From assembly GCA_964518475.1 (NCBI GenBank), contig CAZFGR010000003.1:40503-104502 (forward strand): a stretch of 64,000 nucleotides of DNA, in the 5' to 3' direction. The notes under the pieces are model-generated. The model was not told where the DNA came from. It ran no database searches and was given only the letters and a program-made list of their open reading frames with translations. The position numbers were made by a program, and so were the translations under genes. Positions 37,502 through 46,868 of the stretch are shown in pieces; positions within the stretch are counted from its first letter, which is position 1, and each line of letters opens with the position of its first letter. The stretch comes from an uncultured Nitrososphaerota archaeon. Lineage in GTDB: Archaea > Asgardarchaeota > Njordarchaeia > Njordarchaeales > Njordarchaeaceae.

Positions 37502-38671
37502 TTGAGTGACTTAGATATCATATTAAAACAGCTTGAAGAAATTGATGAGGAAAACGTCTCGGGACAACAAGTGGATCATAGTGAAGAAGACGATGAGGAT
37601 ATAGAAAGAGTGATCATTAAGAGTCTACCAAAAATAAAAGTGATAGGAGTTGGGGGTGCTGGAAATAATACAGTTACGAATCTAATGAGAGTAGGAGCGC
37701 AAGGAGTAACGACTATAGCTGTAAATACCGATGCCCGGCAGCTGTTAGTTACTAAAGCGCATAAAAAAGTTTTAATCGGAGAAAAAACGTGTCGAGGACA
37801 TGGTGCTGGAAATGATCCTAAAGTGGGAGAACAAGCAGCGAAAGAAAGTCAAGAGAAGTTAAAGAAGATTCTCAGAAATACTGATCTCCTATTTCTAACT
37901 TGTGGATTAGGGGGAGGGACAGGAAGTGGGGCAACTCCTTATATTGCGCAATTAGCACAAGAAATGGGGATTCTAACAGTGACTATATGCACATTACCGT
38001 TTATGGCTGAGGGAGAGGTAAAAAGGAAAAACGCTTCTGAAGCTCTAAGAAAGCTTATTCAGTTCTCTAATACAATCATTGTGATACCTAATGATAAGCT
38101 TCTCCAAATAGCTCCCAAAAAGACTTTGCTAGAAGCTTTCAGGTTGGCTGACGATATTCTAGTAAAAGCGGTTACTGGGATCGCGGATCTAATAGGACCC
38201 AGACCCGGCTTAGTTAATGTAGATTTTGCAGATGCTAAAAAAGTTTTATCGGCGGGGGGTACAGCAGTTATTGGTATTGGACAAGCGGATGTATCAGAAG
38301 GAAACAGAGTAAGGCTTGCACTCGAAAGAGCCCTTATAAACCCTCTACTGGACGTCAAGTTAAATACGGCTAAAAGCGCACTAATAAATATTACGGGAGG
38401 AAGCGATATTACTTTAGAAGAAGCAGAGAGCATTGTTAGGCAAGTATCAGCTATCCTTGGAAACAAAGGCGAGGTGAAATGGGGCGTCGTACTAGATGAT
38501 TCAATGAAAGGAGAATTAAGAATAACAATAATTATGGCTGGGATAGAATTACCTTATCTGGACGAAAAAGGTGAAGTGATTTATCCAAGGATTCTCTCAA
38601 CGATATTCACTAATGATACAATAAGACTCCTTAAAGAAGTAGGAATAAGCAGTGATAAAATCTTTGACTAA
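37502..38671 (+). CDS. ftsZ: Cell division protein FtsZ
   Basis: GVGGAGNN, NTD, tubulin signature GLGGGTGSG, T7 loop GLVNVDFAD, INITGG. Confidence 0.97.
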   Translation: MSDLDIILKQLEEIDEENVSGQQVDHSEEDDEDIERVIIKSLPKIKVIGVGGAGNNTVTNLMRVGAQGVTTIAVNTDARQLLVTKAHKKVLIGEKTCRGHGAGNDPKVGEQAAKESQEKLKKILRNTDLLFLTCGLGGGTGSGATPYIAQLAQEMGILTVTICTLPFMAEGEVKRKNASEALRKLIQFSNTIIVIPNDKLLQIAPKKTLLEAFRLADDILVKAVTGIADLIGPRPGLVNVDFADAKKVLSAGGTAVIGIGQADVSEGNRVRLALERALINPLLDVKLNTAKSALINITGGSDITLEEAESIVRQVSAILGNKGEVKWGVVLDDSMKGELRITIIMAGIELPYLDEKGEVIYPRILSTIFTNDTIRLLKEVGISSDKIFD

Positions 38672-38722
38672 TCTTTTTTAACAGAATAGTAGAATAGTTA
38701 AGGATTTCTGAGCTGATTTTAA

Positions 38723-39316
38723 TTATTTCAAAGAGGGTTCTAAATATTGGATTAGTTCATCTTTTAGTACACTAGGGAAGTTCTGAAGAATTCTTTCAAG
38801 TAACTCTTTATTGAAGTCAGTTTCCTGTATGAAGCCAGCTAGTTTTTTCATAATATTGTCGTCTTGTGTTATTAGTTTGAAGTAGACTAATAACCATTCT
38901 AGCGGAGGCACTAGATATGTTTCATCATTAATTTTTACACTAGTAGCTATCGCGATAACGTCTTTTACATCTATCTTTATCAAATACCCGTGAAAGTTTA
39001 TTACTGGATTTCCGATGATATTAACGGGCACCCCATCGGCATTAAAAACACCAAAGTGTGCTAGGATGTTACCTACTTTTCGAAAATCAGCTGGCACTAT
39101 GGTTTGAAAGGAATTTTGAAATAGTCTGCTCATTATATAGACGCCTTCCTCGTCAGTCAATATATCTATTGCCTTTGTTGATAAAGAAAGGCCTAATGTT
39201 TTAGCAGCTAATGGACCTGCCAGGACCCAGTTTACGTTTTCTCTGTCAAGTATTTTCTTTAATTTTCTGAGAACATCAATTAGCTCTTCCGCCAAATAGC
39301 ATCCCATCTTAACCAA
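38723..39316 (-). CDS. Nucleotidyltransferase-fold protein
   Basis: NWVLAGPLA..G....TKAIDILTD resembles the pol-beta NTase motif. Confidence 0.6.
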   Translation of the reverse strand: MVKMGCYLAEELIDVLRKLKKILDRENVNWVLAGPLAAKTLGLSLSTKAIDILTDEEGVYIMSRLFQNSFQTIVPADFRKVGNILAHFGVFNADGVPVNIIGNPVINFHGYLIKIDVKDVIAIATSVKINDETYLVPPLEWLLVYFKLITQDDNIMKKLAGFIQETDFNKELLERILQNFPSVLKDELIQYLEPSLK

Positions 39317-39439
39317 TTCTCATAGTCTCTACAACAGCGTATTACTAGATAATGAACATTTTCTATATACTAGAAGCATTCTACATCAGAGGTAATCATG
39401 CAAAATCGGAAAAATAGTTTTATGATCAAAGAAGAGAGT

Positions 39440-39550
39440 TGGTGCGGGGGGCGGGATTCGAACCCGCGAAGGCCTGCGCCACCGGATCCTAAGTCTAGCC
39501 TTTTGACGAATACAAATAACCGGCCCCTTTGACCGCTCGGGAACCCCCGC
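39440..39550 (-). tRNA. tRNA-Leu(TAG) with a 25-nt non-canonical intron at 30/31 (39495-39519)
   Basis: Reverse complement: acceptor GCGGGGG/CCCCCGC and a long variable arm. Splicing restores CCGGA-CT TAG GA-TCCGG. BHB: helix GGCC/GGCT, bulges GG^T and AG^A. Confidence 0.92.
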
Positions 39551-39874
39551 ATGTTGGACTCTGATATCTCTGATAACATACTTCTATATTTAAAAATATT
39601 CATGGGACATTGGCTATTATCCAACATAATATAGGGATGTTTGGAATATAGCAATACTTATGTGTAGAGCGGACCGCTTAATTTCTCTTTTGACAGAGAT
39701 AAGATGCAATTAATTCTAGAGATTCCCAGTATCAGCAACTAAATAGTGTGTCATATTCGAATAGATGAACCCCTGACCCTTAAAGATATCTGTTAAATTT
39801 AGGAGTAAAATTTATAGAAGAAAGACATCACTAGTAGATTAAGATAGATTAAATATTAAGAAAAACCCTGAAAC

Positions 39875-39986
39875 GGGCCCGTAGCTCAGCCAGGGTAGAG
39901 CGCCCGGCATGCGGTTTAGAGAATAATGCAACCGCACGGGAATCATAACCGGGTGGTCGGCGGTTCAAATCCGCCCGGGCCCACCA
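39875..39986 (+). tRNA. tRNA with CAT anticodon, probably Ile2, with a 34-nt non-canonical intron at 32/33 (39909-39942)
   Basis: The GGGCCCG acceptor is typical of archaeal Ile2. Splicing restores CCCGG-CT CAT AA-CCGGG. BHB: helix CCCG/CGGG, bulges GC^A and AA^T, intron stem TGCGGTT/AACCGCA. Confidence 0.9.
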
Positions 39987-40122
39987 CTTCTTCTAAAGAT
40001 TATTTTTTTGGGATCTTAGATTTTCCTTCATCTCCTCCACCTTAGTATGAGAATTTCCTATTACTTTTGGTTCTCGAGAGGATTGAGAGAGAAAAAATAG
40101 GGTATATTTGATTGTAAGAGAG

Positions 40123-40524
40123 TTATTCTTCGCTTAGGAATGACTGGAGGTTGGAAATAATTACTCCCCTTGAAACCAGTATTAGGTTGTTAAATTCTCG
40201 TCCTTCCACTACACCAGAGAATTCTGAACCTATTAGAATTCCGTATGATAATCCGCAGTCTTCGACATCTCTTTCAGCCTTTAAAACAACGTTAACTCCG
40301 ATAGGTCTTTTCCAATCTTTAACGATCACTCCAATGGTTTCTCCAGTTGTGTAATCCTTTATTATGAAGTCGAATTTTGTCTTTCGCTTACCATCAAGGG
40401 TTACTCTCTCAACATCTTCAAATATTTCAAACTTCTTACCAGAATTTTCTAAGAGTTTTTCTAAATAGATTTTTGCGAGTTTCTTTAGCGGGATCGTGTG
40501 TATATTCTCGAGCAAAAGAGTCAC
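40123..40524 (-). CDS. Stand-alone PD-(D/E)xK restriction-endonuclease-like (Mrr-cat-like) protein
   Basis: KFDFII..GVIVKDWKRPIGVNVV..GILIGSEFS. Confidence 0.65.
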   Translation of the reverse strand: MTLLLENIHTIPLKKLAKIYLEKLLENSGKKFEIFEDVERVTLDGKRKTKFDFIIKDYTTGETIGVIVKDWKRPIGVNVVLKAERDVEDCGLSYGILIGSEFSGVVEGREFNNLILVSRGVIISNLQSFLSEE

Positions 40525-40767
40525 CAGGAATAAAGGAATTCCTAGAAAGGGTAAACGTCCTTCTTTTTTGGGTATTACGCTGTTTAAAGTTTACGCTTTT
40601 AGTAGCGAAAATTTGAGCGAAAATTTTTCATTTAATTATTTAAACGGAAAATTTTATTTTTGGCATTTTTTAAGGGTCTTCCTACGTGTTACAAGAATAT
40701 TTCCTCCGTTTTTAGTCTTTCTCCAGTCTACTTGAAGTAGGGTCTTACAATTGGAGAGGGGCTTCTT
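40525..40767. other. Candidate replication origin or divergent promoter upstream of cdc6
   Basis: AT-rich core, tandem AGCGAAAATTT x2, several co-oriented GGGT elements, and an ORB-like TCCAGT..GAAGTAGGGT. Confidence 0.35.
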
Positions 40768-42012
40768 GTGAGTGTTGATGAAGTTTTTGACAAATTATTG
40801 AGCCGACAATCCTTATTCATTAATAAGAGAGTACTAAGTCATGATTATGTGCCAGAAACTTTACCCCATAGGGAAGAAGAAATTAAGAGGCTTGCATACA
40901 TTCTTGCATCAGCCCTTAAGGGAGGAAGGCCATCTAATGTTTTTATGTATGGAAAAACGGGGACTGGAAAAACGGCTGTTGCGAAGTATGTCTTAGGGAA
41001 ACTCATTGAGAGAGGTGAGCGACTAGGTCTGCGATTTAACTATGCATACGTTAATTGTCGCTACCGAAAAACCAATTATAGAGTATTAGTCAGAATATGT
41101 GAGGAATTAGGCTATCGAGGAATACCAGAGACTGGTTTGCCAACTGATGTGATTTTTGATAAAATTGTTAGATACATCGATGCGCAAAACCAGTTAGTAG
41201 TTATAATTTTAGACGAGCTAGACTGGCTTGTAAAGACTTCTGGAGACGACGTACTCTACCAACTTACTAGGATAAATAATGAACTCAACAATGCCCAAGT
41301 GTCGATAATCGGTATAACAAACGATATCAAGTTCAAGAATTATCTGGATGGAAGAGTATTGAGTAGTTTATCAGAGGAGAGCATAATTTTCAAGCCATAC
41401 AACCCAGAGCAATTATATGATATTCTAAAACAGCGAGCACAAATGGCTTTTAGACCGGGAGTAGTGACGGAAGAGGCTTTGAGATTAGCAGCCGCTTACG
41501 CGGGCCGAGAGCATGGAGATGCTCGTAGAGCTATAGATCTATTAAGAATTGCTGGAGAAATAGCTGAACGAGAAGGAGCATCAAAGGTTCTGGAAGAACA
41601 CATCATTAAGGCAGTTGATGAGGTTGACAAAGATATTATTGGAGCAACAATACGAGATCTTCCTCTTCAAGAGCAATTAGTGTTATTAGCGATCGCTATT
41701 TTGGCAGCTCGTAACGAGCAACAGATTACAACTGGAAAAGTGAAAAGTATGTACGAAAAAATATGTAATACGCTGGGTTACTCACCCCTTTCCCTTAGGA
41801 GATTAAACGATATATTCTCGGATCTAGAAACTCTAGGAATAATTCTTGCTCCGGTGATAAGCCTAGGACGCTACGGAAGAACGAAACTAATCTCCCTAGA
41901 AGTTGATTTAAGATCGTTGCTGAAAATATTCATAGAAGATGAGCTTTATGCTAACGTACTTTCGGAAATGCTTGGTACTGGTATGCTAGAAAAAATAATG
42001 GATAATAAATAA
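40768..42012 (+). CDS. cdc6: Orc1/Cdc6 replication initiator
   Basis: YVPETLPHREEEI, Walker A GKTGTGKT, Walker B ILDELD, GDARRAIDLLR, C-terminal wHTH GRYGRT. Confidence 0.97.
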   Translation: MSVDEVFDKLLSRQSLFINKRVLSHDYVPETLPHREEEIKRLAYILASALKGGRPSNVFMYGKTGTGKTAVAKYVLGKLIERGERLGLRFNYAYVNCRYRKTNYRVLVRICEELGYRGIPETGLPTDVIFDKIVRYIDAQNQLVVIILDELDWLVKTSGDDVLYQLTRINNELNNAQVSIIGITNDIKFKNYLDGRVLSSLSEESIIFKPYNPEQLYDILKQRAQMAFRPGVVTEEALRLAAAYAGREHGDARRAIDLLRIAGEIAEREGASKVLEEHIIKAVDEVDKDIIGATIRDLPLQEQLVLLAIAILAARNEQQITTGKVKSMYEKICNTLGYSPLSLRRLNDIFSDLETLGIILAPVISLGRYGRTKLISLEVDLRSLLKIFIEDELYANVLSEMLGTGMLEKIMDNK

Positions 42013-42063
42013 TGGGTCAATACTGCCGAAAAGAACGAGTATCGGGAACGCCTTAGTTCACCA

Positions 42064-42396
42064 TTACAAAACTTCAATATTTTCTGGAGGAATCCCAAGT
42101 TTCTTTGTAAGGTACTCCTTCACCTTCTCTACATGGTCTCCTTGGAGAAGTATTATTGGACCAAATTTTTTATCTTGCTTATATGTACCGCCTGTTGCAC
42201 AGTACTTTTTCAAGTCTTTTGCAATTTGCTTGAGATCCACTGCCTTATCATCTAAGCCAGCAACTATTGTTACCACATGACGACGCTTTCTAGTTTCTAG
42301 TAGAATTTTTACTTTTTGACTCATTAGAGCTAGTTGTGTTTCAAAATCTAGAGGAGCTAAGCTAGAGATTTTCCTCTTTGCCATAGCTGTGACCAT
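42064..42396 (-). CDS. Translation initiation factor aIF1/SUI1
   Basis: VTIVAGL, LKKYCATGGT, LQGDH, ENIEV. Confidence 0.93.
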   Translation of the reverse strand: MVTAMAKRKISSLAPLDFETQLALMSQKVKILLETRKRRHVVTIVAGLDDKAVDLKQIAKDLKKYCATGGTYKQDKKFGPIILLQGDHVEKVKEYLTKKLGIPPENIEVL

Positions 42397-42572
42397 CCGA
42401 ATATATAGGGATACGGAATTAGTTGTTCACATAGATTGTATTTATTCAATATAAAAACTAAACGTTCAGCCAATGAGCACCCGAACGTCCCTCATATAAG
42501 TGCCCTGTATATGGTGAGGTATCATATGGTTAACTTCCTAAGTAGATATCTATTTAGAGTGGGGTGAAGAGA

Positions 42573-42929
42573 ATGCTTAAGAGAATCTTGAATACTAAGA
42601 TACAAGGTTTAAGAGTGACAGGGAAAGATCTCCGATACCTAGGAAGCCTAACGATCGATAAGAATTTGCTGGAAATGGCAGGTATAGCACCTTATGAGAT
42701 CGTTTTAGTAGCTAATCTATCCAATGGCCAGCGCTTCGAAACGTACGTTATTCCTGGTAAAAAGGGCGAAGTTATTTTAAATGGAGCAGCAGCACGACTT
42801 GGAGAGGTAGGAGATGAGCTGATTGTCTTTTCATTTGTATACGCTGATTTGAATGAAGTTAGTAAAGTAAAACCAAAGATCATTATTGTTAACGAAAACA
42901 ATGAGCCAGTTCAAGTTTTTCATTATTGA
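42573..42929 (+). CDS. panD: Pyruvoyl-dependent aspartate 1-decarboxylase (bacterial type)
   Basis: Self-cleavage site YLG^SLTID, NGQRFETYVI, LNGAAAR, GDELI; ATG start after GGTGA. Confidence 0.95.
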   Translation: MLKRILNTKIQGLRVTGKDLRYLGSLTIDKNLLEMAGIAPYEIVLVANLSNGQRFETYVIPGKKGEVILNGAAARLGEVGDELIVFSFVYADLNEVSKVKPKIIIVNENNEPVQVFHY

Positions 42930-42958
42930 ATAAATTAGATTCCTAGGTCGTGTAAACC

Positions 42959-44227
42959 ATGAGGTGGGAACATCCATCAAAAGATATCAAGGGTATGAAA
43001 TCTTCGCGTTTAAAAGATAAAGAAGTAATCTTAGCAGTTACAAGTAGTGCAGCCATATATAAGGCAATCGATTTGGCGAGAGAACTAATGAGACACGGAG
43101 CAGAAGTACATGTAATTATGTCTCCAGAAGCTAAGAAATTGATATCCCCTGACATGTTTTATTGGGCTACAGGAAACCCGGTCATTACAGAGCTATCAGG
43201 AGCTATTGAACACATAATGATTACTCAGAAACCAGAAAATAAAGTTATTGTAGTGGCACCAGCAACGGCTAATTCCATTGTTAAAATAGCAATGGGGATT
43301 GCTGATAACGCATTATTGACGACAGTATTGTCTGGAATGGGTCTTAATATACCCGTTATTATAGTCCCAGCAATGCACCTTAGTCTATGGAACGCATCAC
43401 AAGTGCAAGAGAGTGTCTCTAAGCTTATTAGAAAGGGGATCGTGATAGTGAACCCTGTTAGTGAAGAAGGAAAAGCAAAATTTCCATCAGTCGAGGAAAT
43501 TGTGGAGTATGTATTTAAGGCTGTAAGCAAGAAACCGCTTAAAGGAAAAAAAGTATTAGTCACCGGAGGGGCTACTAAAATCTTCATTGATCGTATAAGA
43601 TTTATTTCAAATCCAAGTAGCGGCAAAATGGGATTGGCATTAGCTCTAGAGGCTTGGATAAGAGGAGCGGAAACGACAGTAATAATTGCTAAGGATTCTC
43701 TAAAATACGCCATTTTACCACGAGAAATAACGGTGAAAACGTTTGAGACCTATGATGAAGCAAAAGAATTAATACTTAAACACATAGACAGTGTTGACGT
43801 TTTTCTTCATGCAGCAGCGATTAGTGATTTTAAGCCACGAAGCACTTATGAGGGAAAAATAGAGTCGGAGCACGCTCTGAGATTAGAGCTTGTACCAACG
43901 GAGAAAATTATAGAGCTTGCAAGAGATCGAAATAGAAATGCTATTTTTGTGGCTTTTAAGGCCGAGTGGAGACTATCTAAGGAGAGACTAATAGAGGCTG
44001 GAAGAGAATACCTAAACAAAGGCATCGCTGATATCGTTGCTGTAAATGATGTGAGTAAAGGGATTTTTGGCTCCGACAATACAGAGGTTGTATTAGTTTC
44101 TCGAGAAGAAAAGAGAGAAATTGTAATGGAGCTAAAAGGGAGCAAAAGAGAAGTTGCTGGTCACATCTTGGATTATGTTTCTAAGATTTTAGAGCATAGA
44201 GATAATGTAGAAAGAGAGTCATCCTAA
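42959..44227 (+). CDS. coaBC: Phosphopantothenoylcysteine decarboxylase/ligase
   Basis: APATAN, PAMH, VLVTGGAT, ISNPSSGKMG, AAAISDF, FKAE. Confidence 0.96.
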   Translation: MRWEHPSKDIKGMKSSRLKDKEVILAVTSSAAIYKAIDLARELMRHGAEVHVIMSPEAKKLISPDMFYWATGNPVITELSGAIEHIMITQKPENKVIVVAPATANSIVKIAMGIADNALLTTVLSGMGLNIPVIIVPAMHLSLWNASQVQESVSKLIRKGIVIVNPVSEEGKAKFPSVEEIVEYVFKAVSKKPLKGKKVLVTGGATKIFIDRIRFISNPSSGKMGLALALEAWIRGAETTVIIAKDSLKYAILPREITVKTFETYDEAKELILKHIDSVDVFLHAAAISDFKPRSTYEGKIESEHALRLELVPTEKIIELARDRNRNAIFVAFKAEWRLSKERLIEAGREYLNKGIADIVAVNDVSKGIFGSDNTEVVLVSREEKREIVMELKGSKREVAGHILDYVSKILEHRDNVERESS

Positions 44228-44261
44228 GAAGCTCTAAAAGACTCAGATCTGGGAATGTGCA

Positions 44262-45167
44262 ATGATTATCGCAGTACCAGCGCATATTACTGGTTTTTTT
44301 CTCCCAGTGATAAAGAGCGTAGAGTTAGAAGCGGGTTCTCTTGGAGCGGGTTTCTCTATAAATAGATATGTTTTCACTAGTATCTCTATAAAGAAAGCGG
44401 GAAGCAATAAGATACAGATTTTTTTCAATGGTAAGGATCAAACTAGAACTGCGATAACTTCAGAATTAGCTGCCAAGCTTATTCTGGAGAAAGCAGAGAT
44501 AAGAAACATAGAAATCACGATTTTTCATAGTTTTCAAGTACCTATAGGTTGTGGATTAAGTAGTAGTGGAGCTGGAGCTCTAGGAACAGTATTCGCAATA
44601 AATGAAGCCCTAGATCTTGGTTTTTCAAGAGAGGAATTAGCTAAAATAGCTCATATTGCAGAAGTTAAGCGAAAAACTGGGCTTGGTAGTGTTATTGCTC
44701 AATATGATGGGATGTTTGAAATTAGAGTAAGAGAGGGAGGACCAGGCATTGGACGAGTAGTTAGAATTCCGCGAGAGGGAGAAGTTCTAATAATCGTTTG
44801 GGGGCCTATCGAAACACCCACTATTCTGTCATCAAGAAATTACATAGAACGAATAAAGAATGCTTTTGGAGTAAAAATAGGAAAATTACTTAAACATCCG
44901 ACATTAATTGAGTTCGCCCGACTATCATTCGATTTTGCCAAGAAGTCTGGATTAATAAATGATTACCTCCATAGAATTCTGGAAGAGCTAGGGAATATGG
45001 GCTACTACGGGTCAATGTTAATGATTGGTAGAGGAATTTTCCTAGTGAGTGAGGATGGTTTTTCGAAAAATGATGTTAAGAAGATTTCAAGAAAGATAGA
45101 ATTAGGAAATGCTACTTACTTTACTATAGCTAGACTTGATAATTTTGGGGTGAGAATCATTGAATGA
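44262..45167 (+). CDS. Pantoate kinase (GHMP family)
   Basis: PAHITGFF, GSLGAG, PIGCGLSSSGAG, AHIAEV..TGLG. Confidence 0.93.
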   Translation: MIIAVPAHITGFFLPVIKSVELEAGSLGAGFSINRYVFTSISIKKAGSNKIQIFFNGKDQTRTAITSELAAKLILEKAEIRNIEITIFHSFQVPIGCGLSSSGAGALGTVFAINEALDLGFSREELAKIAHIAEVKRKTGLGSVIAQYDGMFEIRVREGGPGIGRVVRIPREGEVLIIVWGPIETPTILSSRNYIERIKNAFGVKIGKLLKHPTLIEFARLSFDFAKKSGLINDYLHRILEELGNMGYYGSMLMIGRGIFLVSEDGFSKNDVKKISRKIELGNATYFTIARLDNFGVRIIE

Positions 45168-45987
45168 AGAAAATAGTGAAGAAATAGTGATTCCAGAGTC
45201 GCATCCTAGAGCTTTTTCATTACGATATCGAGAGCGTCTTATTCAGGGATACAAAAAGGGAGTTGTAGCTACAGCTGGATTGATTGCACACGGAAGAGGC
45301 GAAGCCTTTGATTATCTCTTGGGCGAAAAAACCCATGAGTTCGCTAGAAAAGCTATGAGAGCTGCTGTAGCACTTTTTTTAGTATCTAAGAACCCAGTTT
45401 TTTCAGTTAATGGCAATGTTGCTGCTTTAGTTCCTAGGGAATATGTTGAATTAGCGAAGATTGTTGGAGCTAAATTAGAAGTCAATCTCTTTTATAGGAC
45501 GAAAAAGAGAGAAGAGGCTATACGTGAGGTTCTAATAGACGCTGGTGCAGATGAAGTGTTAGGAGTAGATGATGAGTATAAAACCGAGATTCCCGAAATA
45601 GAGCATCTTAGAAGATATGTAGATAAAAGGGGAATCTACATAGCTGATACGGTCTTTGTTCCATTGGAGGACGGAGATCGTACAATAGCTCTTAGAAAAC
45701 TTGGGAAAAATGTTGTTGCGATAGATTTGAATCCTCTTTCTAGAACAGCTCAATGGGCCAATATAACAATCGTTGATAACATTGTTAGAGCATTACCTGA
45801 AATGATAAAAATAGCTAAAGAACTTAGAAAAAAGTCCCGAGAAGAATTACTAGAGATTCTCAAGAAATATGATAACACTCAAATTCTCCGAGAAGCGTTT
45901 CAAGCTATAAAAGAAAACCTTGAGAAATGGAGTAAAAAAGGAGTAGTAATTGAGGATGTCCTCCGTTTACCAAAATTTGTCCTTTAG
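45160..45987 (+). CDS. 4-phosphopantoate--beta-alanine ligase (phosphopantothenate synthetase)
   Basis: IPESHPR, GLIAHGRGEAFDYLLGE, VPLEDGDR, IDLNPLSRT. Confidence 0.96.
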   Translation: MNEENSEEIVIPESHPRAFSLRYRERLIQGYKKGVVATAGLIAHGRGEAFDYLLGEKTHEFARKAMRAAVALFLVSKNPVFSVNGNVAALVPREYVELAKIVGAKLEVNLFYRTKKREEAIREVLIDAGADEVLGVDDEYKTEIPEIEHLRRYVDKRGIYIADTVFVPLEDGDRTIALRKLGKNVVAIDLNPLSRTAQWANITIVDNIVRALPEMIKIAKELRKKSREELLEILKKYDNTQILREAFQAIKENLEKWSKKGVVIEDVLRLPKFVL

Positions 45988-45994
45988 GAGTCTC

Positions 45995-46867
45995 TCATAG
46001 TTCCCTAAGATAATCTACGACCTCAGTAGGTAATCTTGCCACTGGAACACCAGCTTCATTGAATGCTCTTATCTTTGTTTCTGGACGACCAATATCTCCT
46101 AGGACGATTGCTCCTGCATGACCAAAGGATACACCCGTCCGCATTGTTGCATGTTTTCCAGCGATGTACGCCACTACCGGCTTTGTTATCTCTCCACGCT
46201 TTATCAACTCTGCTGCTTTTTCTTCTTCTACTCCTCCAATTTCTCCAATTATAACGATTTTCTTAGTAGTAGGATCCTGTTCAAGCAATTTAAGAGCTTC
46301 GGGAATTGTTAAACCTTTTACTGGATCCCCACCAATGCCTATTACAACGCTTTGACCGAATCCCGCATCCGATAATGTTTTAGAGATTTCGTAAGTAAGT
46401 GTTCCGCTTCTAGAAATTACAGCAACGTTACCGGGCTTAAATACATGAGCCGGCATTATACCTATTTTTGCTTCTCCAGGTACGATTATTCCGGGACAGT
46501 TTGGGCCTATGATATAGACTCCCTTTTTCTTAGCAAGTCTTACCAATTCGAGCGTTGTCCATATAGGGATCCCCTCCGTTATCACTACGATTGGATTCAA
46601 CTTGTAATGTATGGCCTCCATAATAGCCTCTTCAGCAAACTTTGCTGGAACGAAAACTATACTAGCATTAGCTTCGTGTTCCCTTAGGGCATCACCTATA
46701 GAATCATAGACAGGTACGCCGTGGACTTCTTGACCACCTTTTCCGGGAGTTACTCCAGCCACAATTTTTGTTCCATATTCGAGCATAAGTTTCGTATGAA
46801 AAGATCCTTCCCTACCAGTTATTCCCTGAACAATTACCTTGGTATTCTTATTGATTAGTATTCCCAT
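45995..46867 (-). CDS. sucD: Succinyl-CoA synthetase alpha subunit
   Basis: VQGITGREG, GPNCPG, SRSGTLTYE, GEIGG, phospho-His motif FGHAGA. Confidence 0.95.
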   Translation of the reverse strand: MGILINKNTKVIVQGITGREGSFHTKLMLEYGTKIVAGVTPGKGGQEVHGVPVYDSIGDALREHEANASIVFVPAKFAEEAIMEAIHYKLNPIVVITEGIPIWTTLELVRLAKKKGVYIIGPNCPGIIVPGEAKIGIMPAHVFKPGNVAVISRSGTLTYEISKTLSDAGFGQSVVIGIGGDPVKGLTIPEALKLLEQDPTTKKIVIIGEIGGVEEEKAAELIKRGEITKPVVAYIAGKHATMRTGVSFGHAGAIVLGDIGRPETKIRAFNEAGVPVARLPTEVVDYLREL

Positions 46868-46868
46868 T

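Noticed and set aside
39370-39654. 94-aa ORF
   Set aside because: Spans tRNA-Leu
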